Origin: a bacterium
Lineage (GTDB): Bacteria; UBA8248
Reading direction: 5' to 3'
Length of the DNA: 64,000 bases
NCBI GenBank assembly: GCA_965221165.1
Contig: CBDCRP010000002.1
Location: 1,417,728 to 1,481,727 of the forward strand
The translations under genes and the position numbers were made by a program. Shown one piece after another: positions 37,311 through 46,380 of the stretch. A model generated the notes under the pieces. That model made no database searches, was not told the origin of the DNA, and was given only the letters and a program-made list of their open reading frames with translations. The number at the start of each line of letters is the position of its first letter. Position 1 is the first letter of the stretch.

Positions 37311-39521
37311 CTAGCTTTCCATCACTCGCCCCACCAAAGCTTTCACAGGCGAATAATGCTTATACACAATCACTGTTTTATCCGTGTGTTTGGCAACATT
37401 TTCTGGGATGGAGCCAAAAAGAATCTGCTTATAAAAACTCTCTCCAGCCGCGCCCATGGCAATGGCATCATATTCTTCCGACGCTCGGATAATCCCCACG
37501 GAAACAGATTTATGCGCAATGATTTGGCTCTCCACATGAACGCTGCTCTCATCGTTAATTCGGCCTACTGCCTCGCTAAGGCCTTGTTCGACGAAATGTT
37601 TGTGAGCACCCCCATCTTCGGGAGAAACAACTGTCGATACAACAAGCCTGGCATTGTAAGCGCTTGCTATCAGGGCCGTGTATCGCTCTGCCAAGCGTGC
37701 ATGTATACCCCCTGTTGTAGGCAAGAGAATATTTTTCAGTTTCATTTCCCCTACAAGTTTTACCAACATAATATCTGCTCGTGCGAGATTTACGACATCG
37801 TCCACGACTTCACCCAAAATTCGATTGGCGGTAGAAGTGTAGCCTTTCCAGCCAAGCATGATCAGATCACAATGGCGCTCTCTTGCCGTCTCGAGGATGG
37901 CACGCGCCGGATTACGACCTATAATCACAAGAGAACTAATTTTGACATCATTCGCCTTCGCGCGAACATGGGCTTGCTCTAAAATTCTCCTTTCGCGTTC
38001 GACATATGAAGTTTCGCGACTCGTTGGTGACTGCTCAGGCAAAGACACGACCCGCACGACGATGATCTCGCCATCATTTTCTTTGGCAACCGCTGATGCC
38101 AGATCTATCAATGGGACCACGTTTGTCGGGTTTGCAATGGGAACCAACACGCGGAAATCGCTCTCCTCACCATCCATACTGACCTGCGCCACGCGGGATG
38201 GCTCACCCGGCAAAAATTCCTCTTCGGCCTGAGAACCCTTCCAGGCCAGGAAACCGAGCATCCCTACGACCAACCACAGAACGGCCATGATAACCGGCTC
38301 GGGGTGCTTTAGTATCAGTGAGAGCAAATATATGTTCGCGCCAATTCCCAAAAGCGGTAACAATGGTACGAACGGGACGCGGAAAGGTCTCGCTAGGCCT
38401 GGAAATCTCTTTCGGTGGTATATTAGCGCCGCATTCACCAATATCAGCGCCAACAAAAGAATGGTGTCCGCAAAGTGCGCCAGTTTCTCCAAATGAAAAC
38501 TCTGCGCAAAAACAACAATGGTTCCTCCTACTAAAATAAGCGAAATAATCGGAGTGTGCGTCTGCGGATTGATGGCGGCGATGCCAGAGGGCAAATGCCC
38601 CAGTTGCGCCATGGACAACACAACTCGCGAACCTGCCAAAATCGATGCGTTAGACGCGGAAATCATCGAAAAGAGTGCACCCACGACAATCACCATGCCA
38701 CCAATAGGGCCCAGGAAAAGACGCGCGGCATTCCCCATCGCCGCTTCCGTATATTCCGTGAGATTCGCGGTAACAATAACAAAAACCACCAAAGTGTATA
38801 GAATCGTAACGATTGCCATGGACAGAAATATCGCGCGAGGAATCGTCTTGGTGGGGTTGGTGACATCTCCGGCTGATGCCGCAATTGCTGAAAATCCAAA
38901 AAAAGTAATAAAAACCAATCCGGCCGTCGCTCCAATCTTGGGAATATCAGTACTCATTCTCTCGAGCAAAGCTTTGGTATCCATATTCCCTAGTCCGCCA
39001 TAAACAAACCAAAATAAGAGGATGACCTTTCCCGCGGTAATGAAAACTTGAAATCGAGCCGATTCCTTTGTTCCCTTAATATTAAGCAGTATGAGACATA
39101 TGATCCCCAAGATTCCCGATAGTTGCTCGTAAGGAGAATGCCAAACGAATTCGTTGAAATAAGAAGAAAGACTGCTGATGTAGAAGGCGCATGAAGAAGT
39201 ATAGCCAAGCACCAACGTCCATCCCACAAGATAGGCAAGCGGCGGAGTAAACGTTCTCCTCGCATAGAGATACCCTTCCCCGGATTGCGGATACAGGGAT
39301 GAGAATTCGCAATAAGTGAGCGCGGTGAATGTGGCGACAAACGCGGCCAGAAGAAAAGCGATGACGGCCGATGAACCCACATCCCTGACCGCAAGGCCGG
39401 ATAGCGTGAAAATACCCGCCGCTATCATCGTACCGACGCCGATGGATAGTGCGGACGTGAGTCCTAAATCTCGACTAAGCTCGGTTTGTATGTGCAGAGT
39501 ATTGCCGTTTGGTTTGTTCAT
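37311..39521 (-). CDS. APC-family amino acid permease fused to two universal-stress (USP) domains
   Basis: GTMIAAGIF, about 12 TM segments, RPFRVP, then RVLVPIAN and NILLPTTGG...FGSIPE. Confidence 0.92.
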   Translation of the reverse strand: MNKPNGNTLHIQTELSRDLGLTSALSIGVGTMIAAGIFTLSGLAVRDVGSSAVIAFLLAAFVATFTALTYCEFSSLYPQSGEGYLYARRTFTPPLAYLVGWTLVLGYTSSCAFYISSLSSYFNEFVWHSPYEQLSGILGIICLILLNIKGTKESARFQVFITAGKVILLFWFVYGGLGNMDTKALLERMSTDIPKIGATAGLVFITFFGFSAIAASAGDVTNPTKTIPRAIFLSMAIVTILYTLVVFVIVTANLTEYTEAAMGNAARLFLGPIGGMVIVVGALFSMISASNASILAGSRVVLSMAQLGHLPSGIAAINPQTHTPIISLILVGGTIVVFAQSFHLEKLAHFADTILLLALILVNAALIYHRKRFPGLARPFRVPFVPLLPLLGIGANIYLLSLILKHPEPVIMAVLWLVVGMLGFLAWKGSQAEEEFLPGEPSRVAQVSMDGEESDFRVLVPIANPTNVVPLIDLASAVAKENDGEIIVVRVVSLPEQSPTSRETSYVERERRILEQAHVRAKANDVKISSLVIIGRNPARAILETARERHCDLIMLGWKGYTSTANRILGEVVDDVVNLARADIMLVKLVGEMKLKNILLPTTGGIHARLAERYTALIASAYNARLVVSTVVSPEDGGAHKHFVEQGLSEAVGRINDESSVHVESQIIAHKSVSVGIIRASEEYDAIAMGAAGESFYKQILFGSIPENVAKHTDKTVIVYKHYSPVKALVGRVMES

Positions 39522-40381
39522 TTCAGATCTGCCAGAAACTCCTTGAGTTCTCGTTGCACGATGCCCGGCTCGGAGATGTTCGGAAAATGGCCGGCTTTCG
39601 CACACACCACCACCCGTGATTTCTTGGGCAGGGCGCTCATTAACGATTTTTCCGATTTTTCGTTAAATCGCATGCTTTTCCCGCCACGAAATACCAGAGC
39701 GGGGCATTTTATTTTCTTCGCCCAGAAAACAGGATCGTAATCACTCGCCGAGGTTGCCTGAAATTCCCGCAACCTCAGAAACCTGCTTTTCTCATAGGGA
39801 ACTCTGCAAACACCATCGACGCCATCGCATATCAAAATATCGGACAAGAATCGCCTCGTCCGAGCGGGCGGCCAATACCCTTCTTCGTTCTCGGTGAGGA
39901 ATTTCTGCGCTTGCGCGAGATTCTCGAATTCCACCGGTCTGTTTCGCGCCGCCTCCAGGTTCGCATTGGCGTCCGAATCGCCGCGTACCGTCGGATCCAT
40001 CAACACGCTCGCGGCGACGCGCTCCGGGCGATTCGCGGCAACGGCCAAGGCGATTGATCCGGCGAAGGAATGTCCCATCACCACAAAACGATCCAGCAAA
40101 AGCGCGTCAGCGAGGCCGATTACGTCTCTTGCGAAATCTGCGGCGGCATCGCCCGCGCCCGGATCATCCGTTTTCCCGAATCCCCTTTGATCCGGGCATA
40201 TCATGCGTATCGTACCCACGCTTTCCGCCATCGCCTTCCACATCCCACTCTGAATCAACGAACCATGCAATGCGATGACGGGCAGAAGCGAACTCCTCTT
40301 CGCCGGCCTCCAGTCCCGGAAAGACATTTGAAAATTCGACACCGTCTCAAATCCAGCATACCAGCCACCTTTGCCGCGCAT
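39518..40381 (-). CDS. alpha/beta hydrolase
   Basis: Motifs LHG, DQRGFG, GHSFAG and AGH. Confidence 0.88.
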   Translation of the reverse strand: MRGKGGWYAGFETVSNFQMSFRDWRPAKRSSLLPVIALHGSLIQSGMWKAMAESVGTIRMICPDQRGFGKTDDPGAGDAAADFARDVIGLADALLLDRFVVMGHSFAGSIALAVAANRPERVAASVLMDPTVRGDSDANANLEAARNRPVEFENLAQAQKFLTENEEGYWPPARTRRFLSDILICDGVDGVCRVPYEKSRFLRLREFQATSASDYDPVFWAKKIKCPALVFRGGKSMRFNEKSEKSLMSALPKKSRVVVCAKAGHFPNISEPGIVQRELKEFLADLK

Positions 40382-40526
40382 ATGAACCTCTTGGGATGAA
40401 TAAATGAATGTACCTGTGGGGAATTCTACCTGATGAGAAAACGATAACCCACTCTCTTGGCGAAGAAGCCTCGTTCTTCGATATTCCCTCTTATTCTAGG
40501 GCTTTTCGGTGAGAGAACGGAAGTCG

Positions 40527-41120
40527 CTAGGAAGAATCGCCCGTATAGGAGATGGAGACGCGGCGAGCGTAAAAGCGATTTTTTTCTCCGTCCATGGGGT
40601 CAAAGAAATGACACGCCTGCAAATCGCGCGGGTACACATGGATGGAAACCGCCACGTCGTCGCGCCGATTGCGCACCGTATGGATGTCCGCGCAGCCGCA
40701 AACCGAGTTTTGCGCACCGGCCGAAGGATTGTGCGGCGCATCGCTTCTGAGCGCGATTTCACCCTCGGAGATCTCCTCGTCCGCAAAATAATTAACGACC
40801 TCCAGGCCGCCCTCCACCATGCCGAGCATTCCCCAGGCGCCGTCATGATCGTGAATCGGCGTGCCTTGTCCGGGCTTCCAGACCATGGCCGCCACGACGA
40901 AGCGCTCCTCGGGGTCGCGATACAGCAGATGGCGCGCATAGCTCTCCTCCGAGGGCCGCATCGCCTCGGGAGGGAGGAAAGAACCCGCATCCAGCAAGCG
41001 TTTGAGAGCAGGTTCGGCGGCGTGGATGAAGTCCCGCCCGCGTGCGCCTTCCTCATAGATGCCCGCCAGTTCATCCGCTAGGCGGGTGATGGGTGCGCTG
41101 GGTGTGACGGCTGTGTCCAT
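40527..41120 (-). CDS. cysteine dioxygenase family (3-His cupin) protein
   Basis: Motifs YARHLL, WKPGQGTPIHDH, IHTVRN and SIHVY. Confidence 0.88.
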   Translation of the reverse strand: MDTAVTPSAPITRLADELAGIYEEGARGRDFIHAAEPALKRLLDAGSFLPPEAMRPSEESYARHLLYRDPEERFVVAAMVWKPGQGTPIHDHDGAWGMLGMVEGGLEVVNYFADEEISEGEIALRSDAPHNPSAGAQNSVCGCADIHTVRNRRDDVAVSIHVYPRDLQACHFFDPMDGEKNRFYARRVSISYTGDSS

Positions 41121-41148
41121 GGCGACCTCCTCGCTTGCGGAAATCGGG

Positions 41149-41240
41149 ATAACTCCTTTTATTTCAAAAGTATAAATTTTCAGTTATTTTCACTTTATTT
41201 CACCTATTTTTCACCTATTTTCCCACTTTTTCACATATCG
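41149..41240. repeat. dispersed ~90-bp AT-rich element with phased T tracts, copy B
   Basis: ATAACTCCTTTTATTTCAAAAGTATAAATTTTCAGTTATTTTCACTTTATTTCACCTATTTTTCACCTATTTTCCCACTTTTTCACATATCG; same orientation as copy A. Confidence 0.8.
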
Positions 41241-41300
41241 GATTTTTCATTAAATCCATAATTTTCATACCGCCTCGCCGCCGCTAATCCTCCCCAAAAC

Positions 41301-42101
41301 TCACCAGGGATGGTTCCGCTCGATGAGCGCGCCCGGCTCACGGGCGCTCTCGATCAGGGCGATCATATCATACAGCACGGCGCGCTGCTGTTCAATATTT
41401 TCAGGCTTGCCGAAAGGATGCCCCAGGGGCCAGGGCACGAATACCGCCCGGGGCGGCGCAAGCTCGGCCGTTATCTCCTTGACGATGCTCACCGATACGG
41501 TGGCGATCCCCTCCCGTTCCACCGCATTTTGAATCAGCCCGACCGAGCGATTGCATAGCCCTCAGGCGGGCGCGAGCAGCGCGACCTCCGCCCCCGACTC
41601 GCGCAGCCGCCGCGCCGCCGCAGGCGCCGTCTCCTCCACGAGACGCTCGACGAGTTCCTTGTCGATATGGCCCATGAAGCTCAAATGAACCGGCGAGACC
41701 CCGCCAATCGCCCCCTCCGCCGCCATCTCGGCGAGCCGCTCGTGCGGGTAGACGACGTTCAGGTCCTTATCCGCGCCCCGGTGGTCGTAGTAATCGTGCG
41801 TTATCATCATCTCATCGCGCGCGGCGTCGCCCGGAATCTCGCGAAACGTCGGGTCGCCGTCCGGGTTCTCCATGTCGAAAGGGGTCTGGCCTTTCAGGTG
41901 CACCCCGCCCGTCGTCACCAGCGCGACGCTGCACTCACTCACGGGCTTCGCCGGCGGCGTCCAGGGCGTGAACGCAGGCCCGGCGCGCCAGCCGGCCATC
42001 TCGGCGGAAAAATCCTTGCCTCCCGCCCATTTTTTCACCAGACCCGGATAGCGCGTCAGCAGACGCGCCACCATCCTGTCCTTCCACCTGCGCAAGCTCA
42101 T
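41301..42101 (-). CDS. PrdB/GrdB-like selenoprotein (266 aa; in-frame UGA at 41562-41564 read as Sec, UxxC motif)
   Basis: ORFs 41562-42101 and 41301-41522 are in frame: LLAPA-TGA-GLCNRSVGLIQNAVEREGIATVSV...PPRAVFVPWPLGHPFG. The N-terminal part has VALVTTGGV, GDPTFREI and DKDLNVVYP. Confidence 0.9.
41532..41552 (-). promoter_or_regulatory. bacterial SECIS hairpin
   Basis: mRNA AAUC-GCUC-GGUC-GGGC-U-GAUU starts 9 nt after the UGA. The GGUC loop begins 17 nt after the UGA and resembles the E. coli fdhF SECIS loop. Confidence 0.75.
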
Positions 42102-42247
42102 CGATACGTCCTGTTTGTTGGGGGATCGTTATTCGGCGGCGGTCATCCCATGAACCAGCGGAGAACTCTATCGCAACAGCGCGTTGTATGCACCTGGGAT
42201 GACGATTGTCTCACCGTGGCGGTGAAGAGGGTCGAGGATATGACTGG

Positions 42248-43018
42248 TCATATCGGCGGCAGATTGGACATTGAAATTTTTGGCAAATCCGCATCAGGAT
42301 TATGCGCCTTCTCAGCTGCCCGGCGAATCATTTTCTTTAGGGCCTGTTCGAGAAAATGACGTTCCTGTTGTGTCAGTTCCGTGTTGACGCCCTCGCTCTT
42401 CCGCGCTCCCAAGGGGCCACCTTTTGCGGAAGAAAGATAGCCAATTTCAGCAAGCACATCTTTTTCAATCTGATATTTTTGGGCAGCGGCTTTGCGCTTC
42501 TTAAAATATCTTCTCGCTTGTGAATTCGGTCGAGACGGCGGAGCCTCCAACATGGACAGGCAGAAATAAGCCATACTTTCCAACCTCTCGTGCTCAGAGT
42601 GATAGCCTATATAGCGTTGGTACATGGACTCCACATCCGAAGTAACGGCGATGTCCGATGGAGGTTTGGGATAGTTTCTGCGGTGGCTGATACCGCTCGC
42701 CTTGAGTTTGGCGCGGAGACGAACCGGTTGCGGAGCGGGCGCGAATACCGCTTTATCGAATTCTAGTCTGAAAAAATCCGGACCCAATGTACAGCAAGCA
42801 CTCACATTCCAGGCCAGGACGTAGTCCTCGACGGCCTTCCGTGCCTCCTCTGCCGTGGCGTAGCGCTCCTTCAAATCGAAGCGAGCCTTCCCATCCTCGA
42901 CCTTCACCTGAAACCCCGGTCTTTCCCGCTGAAGGGGAATAGCCTGACTGTAGTCAACCCAGTCTGCGCACTTGACCCCATAGACGAGCGCCGTCACGTA
43001 CTGATCGTTCATCATCAA
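42248..43018 (-). CDS. hypothetical protein downstream of the R-M cassette
   Basis: 256-aa ORF with RBS GAGGAG, lower GC, no confident family. Confidence 0.75.
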   Translation of the reverse strand: MMMNDQYVTALVYGVKCADWVDYSQAIPLQRERPGFQVKVEDGKARFDLKERYATAEEARKAVEDYVLAWNVSACCTLGPDFFRLEFDKAVFAPAPQPVRLRAKLKASGISHRRNYPKPPSDIAVTSDVESMYQRYIGYHSEHERLESMAYFCLSMLEAPPSRPNSQARRYFKKRKAAAQKYQIEKDVLAEIGYLSSAKGGPLGARKSEGVNTELTQQERHFLEQALKKMIRRAAEKAHNPDADLPKISMSNLPPI

Positions 43019-43182
43019 CTCCTCTCAATGTGCTGCTTTGCGGGTTCGCCCACTGCTCAGACATCCGAGCCGCTTCATCCCCCCTCTCTTCACCACTTCC
43101 CCTTGTCCCTAACTTCCAACGGCGCGTGCATTCTTCCACTTATGACAAAACCCCCGAACCCATCCCCCGACTTCCTTTGGTT

Positions 43183-43767
43183 TTATTTCTCTTTCGGTTC
43201 GAATTTCCCGAGGAGCCAATCGAGCGCGGCTTTTTGATCGGCGACGGATGCCCGGCGCAGTTGAGAGAGGAGCCACGCATGACTCGGCGGTTCCTGAACC
43301 ACGTTCTTGGCCCCCTGGTTACACGTACTGCACAGAGCGCGAAGGTTGGAGAGATCGTCGGAGCCGCCGTGACTATGATCCACGATGTGGCCGATATGCA
43401 GCCGCACTTTCCGGGCCGGGTTCAGATCGTCGTCATCGCCGGCTCCCGCCCCGCACATCTGGCAGGTATAGCCGTTTCGCTCCAGGGCCTGAGCGCGTAC
43501 GCGGGCCGAAATGGGGCGAGTGAATCGATAGGCGGCATGCGCGGGCGGTTCGGAAACCAGTTTGTACTCACCGGGCTTCAAAGCGCCGGCGTCGTTGTGG
43601 GTTATGATCGGCCAGTCCTCGTCGTTGCGCAACTCACGCAAGCGACGCGCCCATTCGGTCACGTGCAACCCGGCGGCTTCTCGTATCTGCCCGGATGTAA
43701 CGACTCGCCCTACGTTGGCGCGCAGAAACTCGCGAATGCGAGCCTTGGAACCCCTTCGGGACATCAT
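43183..43767 (-). CDS. HNH endonuclease resembling the KpnI-type restriction enzymes
   Basis: N-terminus FLRANVGRVVT...EWARRLRELRND; CQMC...HIGHIVDHSHGG...NLRALCSTCNQG; C-terminus QKAALDWLL; ATGA overlap with the MTase. Confidence 0.85.
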   Translation of the reverse strand: MMSRRGSKARIREFLRANVGRVVTSGQIREAAGLHVTEWARRLRELRNDEDWPIITHNDAGALKPGEYKLVSEPPAHAAYRFTRPISARVRAQALERNGYTCQMCGAGAGDDDDLNPARKVRLHIGHIVDHSHGGSDDLSNLRALCSTCNQGAKNVVQEPPSHAWLLSQLRRASVADQKAALDWLLGKFEPKEK

Positions 43768-44450
43768 CCGACCTTGCGAAATGTATGCCGCATCAACTCC
43801 TGCCCGATGAATCGGGAATAGGCCGGCGGTATCGCCTCGTTGATTTCTTTTTTCGTCATCCAGTCGATTCCCATCGCATCACGTGCGGCGGCGATGGTGC
43901 AATTCCCGCCGCCCGTCACCTGAACGTAGTCCGTCCACTCGTCGGTCTTGCCGTAATGTGATTTTCTGCGGTCGAACGTATGCACCAGCGGGTGCGGCTT
44001 ATGAGGCGGGGCGGTAATGGGAAAGTTGGTCTCGAACAATCTGTGCCTGAGCACGCGCAATTCATCGAACATCGTCCCGCACAACACGATGTAATCCCGC
44101 AGCGGAGCGCCCTCGACGTTCTCGATGACGTAGGGCCGATTGGTCCGCGCGAGCATGTCGCGCACCGCTCCGATCAGGTCGGGCCACTCATGAGCGTTGC
44201 CGTTACGTTTTGCGAGGTCAGAATAGGCTTGGCAAGGCGGTGAGGCGTGAATCACGTTGAACGATGCGAGAAAATCAGCGTCGAGCGTCATCGCATCCGC
44301 TTGAATGAACGGGAACGGGTAATTCGGCTGGGGCTTGACGTCTACGCCGACGACATCGAATCCGGCCTGATGGTAACCGAGGGCGGCTCCGCCCGCGCAA
44401 CAGAAAAGGTCGAGCAAATTTGGTCGAGCCGCCACCGGATGAGCCTCCAT
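43764..44450 (-). CDS. compact DNA (cytosine-5)-methyltransferase (228 aa)
   Basis: Motif I LDLFCCAGG, motif IV ASPPCQ, motif VI IENV, motif VIII RHRLF, motif X EAIPP. Confidence 0.9.
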   Translation of the reverse strand: MEAHPVAARPNLLDLFCCAGGAALGYHQAGFDVVGVDVKPQPNYPFPFIQADAMTLDADFLASFNVIHASPPCQAYSDLAKRNGNAHEWPDLIGAVRDMLARTNRPYVIENVEGAPLRDYIVLCGTMFDELRVLRHRLFETNFPITAPPHKPHPLVHTFDRRKSHYGKTDEWTDYVQVTGGGNCTIAAARDAMGIDWMTKKEINEAIPPAYSRFIGQELMRHTFRKVG

Positions 44451-44490
44451 ACTCGAATCTTTTTTTGTCGGGCGTAGTATTATGTTACGT

Positions 44491-44949
44491 CTACTTTCGC
44501 TTTTTGTCTACCCCAAAGGAGAGAAAATCGACGAGTCGGGATTCGAGTTTCGATTTATCTTTCGTCTCGCATTCCCACACGACCAGCGCATCCCATCCGA
44601 GCCGATGAAGATCGGCCAGTTTCTTACGGTCCCGGGCGACGTTCACCCTGAATTTCTCTTCCCAGAAGGAAGTTCGCGTCTTAGGCGTGGTGGTCCTGTG
44701 GCATCCCTCGTGCCTGTGCCAAAAACAGCCGTGAACGAAGATCGCCTTTTTGCGGCTGAGGAAACAAATGTCGGGCGTTCCGGGAATATCCTTGCGGTGC
44801 AGACGGTAACGGTAGCCGAGGCCGTGCAACAGTCTTCGAACGATCAACTCCGGCTCGGTATCCTTCTGGCCGACGCGGGCCATCATCGCACGTCGCTCGG
44901 GCGACGGTTCGGGTTCGCTCGGCGGTTTTTGCGGCGTTCGAGCAGTCAT
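44491..44949 (-). CDS. vsr: very short patch repair endonuclease
   Basis: Motifs MARVGQKDTEPE, PGTPDI, FVHGCFWHRH, NVARD and VWEC. Confidence 0.95.
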   Translation of the reverse strand: MTARTPQKPPSEPEPSPERRAMMARVGQKDTEPELIVRRLLHGLGYRYRLHRKDIPGTPDICFLSRKKAIFVHGCFWHRHEGCHRTTTPKTRTSFWEEKFRVNVARDRKKLADLHRLGWDALVVWECETKDKSKLESRLVDFLSFGVDKKRK

Positions 44950-45004
44950 GGCGCCACCCGCCGGACCATTCCGCTGTCCCACCCCTTGCCCCCCGTCTGT
45001 TCCG

Positions 45005-46327
45005 TTATCCGGCAAAGTGACCCATCGCAGCGAATCCAATACCCATCAGCGCCGCAACGCCCAGGGTTCTCATGAGAGACTGGTGTCGCCAGAGGAGCAT
45101 GATCGCGCTCACGGCGCCGACGAGCAGAACCCGCCAGTCCAGGGAATGCCAAACCGGCAGCAGGAGCTTGACCGGGCCGATTTGCCGGGACGGCAGTTCG
45201 GCGAACAGGACGTGCAGACCGAACCAGATGGACAGGTTGAGAATGACGCCCACTACCGCCGCCGTGATCGACTCCAGGGCGCCCTTCAGCCGAGGCTGGG
45301 ACGGGAGCTGCTCGATATAGGGCGCGCCGGCGAATATCCACAGGAAACAGGGTGCGAACGTGACCCAGAGCGTGACCAGCGCAGCGGCAATTCCCATGCT
45401 CACCCCGCCCGCCCGGTATCCTGCGATATAGCCGACGAACTCCGTGACCAGGATCAGCGGTCCCGGGGTGGTTTCCGCCAGCCCCAGGCCATCCATCATT
45501 TCACCGGCGGTCAACCAGCCTTTATAGGTCACCACGTCCTGCGCCAGGTAGGCGAGCACCGCGTAGGCTCCGCCGAACGTGACCACCGCGAGGCGGGAGA
45601 AGAAATTGCCGACCTGCACCAGAATGTCGGAGCCGCCCAGAACCATCAGCAGCAGCACCGGCGTCCACCAGACGGCCATCCACAACGCTACCGTCCTCAC
45701 CGTGCCGGACATCGACCCGCCACCCCGCCCGGTCCCGGTCTTATCCGTGTTCTGGCCGCCCAACAGGAAAAATCCGGCCAGGCCGGCCGCCAGGATGATG
45801 ACGGGGAACGGGACCGACAGAAAGAAGATGGCCACGAAGGCCAGGCCGGCGATGATCCAGTGCACGGCGGAATGCAGCGCTCTCTTCGACACCTTCAGCA
45901 AAGCCTCCAGCACGATGACGAGAACCGCACCCTTGATCCCCAGAAACAGCGCGGCCATTACCGGCAGGTGGCCCACGGCCATGTACAGCATCGCCAGCCC
46001 GAGCACCACCAGAGCGCCCGGGACCACGAACAAGAGGCCCGCCAGCAACCCGCCGGGCACGCCGCGAAGCTGCCACCCCGCGTAGGTGGCGAGTTGCATG
46101 GCCTCGGGGCCGGGCAGCAGCATGCAGAAGCTGAGCGCGCCCAGGAACCTTGGCTCGTCGAGCCACTTCTCCTCCTCCACCAGGACGCGGTGCATGAGCG
46201 CTATCTGCGCCGCCGGGCCGCCAAAGGACAGGATCCCGATGCGCCAGAATACGGCGAACATCCGGCGCCAGGCGACGCCAGGTTCCCGATGCGCGTCGTC
46301 GCCTGCGGAGTCTGCGACATCCATCAT
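45005..46327 (-). CDS. chrA: chromate efflux transporter
   Basis: Motifs SFGGPAAQI, LPGPEA, TFGGAYAV and ETTPGP. Confidence 0.95.
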   Translation of the reverse strand: MMDVADSAGDDAHREPGVAWRRMFAVFWRIGILSFGGPAAQIALMHRVLVEEEKWLDEPRFLGALSFCMLLPGPEAMQLATYAGWQLRGVPGGLLAGLLFVVPGALVVLGLAMLYMAVGHLPVMAALFLGIKGAVLVIVLEALLKVSKRALHSAVHWIIAGLAFVAIFFLSVPFPVIILAAGLAGFFLLGGQNTDKTGTGRGGGSMSGTVRTVALWMAVWWTPVLLLMVLGGSDILVQVGNFFSRLAVVTFGGAYAVLAYLAQDVVTYKGWLTAGEMMDGLGLAETTPGPLILVTEFVGYIAGYRAGGVSMGIAAALVTLWVTFAPCFLWIFAGAPYIEQLPSQPRLKGALESITAAVVGVILNLSIWFGLHVLFAELPSRQIGPVKLLLPVWHSLDWRVLLVGAVSAIMLLWRHQSLMRTLGVAALMGIGFAAMGHFAG

Positions 46328-46380
46328 TACCTTCTTTCTATAGTCGGCAATCCCTCGCTCCTCGCTCGGAATTGACCCAA

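Noticed and set aside
44463-44490. XerD-like half site TTATGTTACGT between vsr and the MTase
   Set aside because: No XerC arm; more likely part of the MTase promoter region on the minus strand.
44948-46375. Long + strand ORF (475 aa) and other long antisense ORFs
   Set aside because: Shadow frames of well-supported genes (here chrA), with no motifs of their own.
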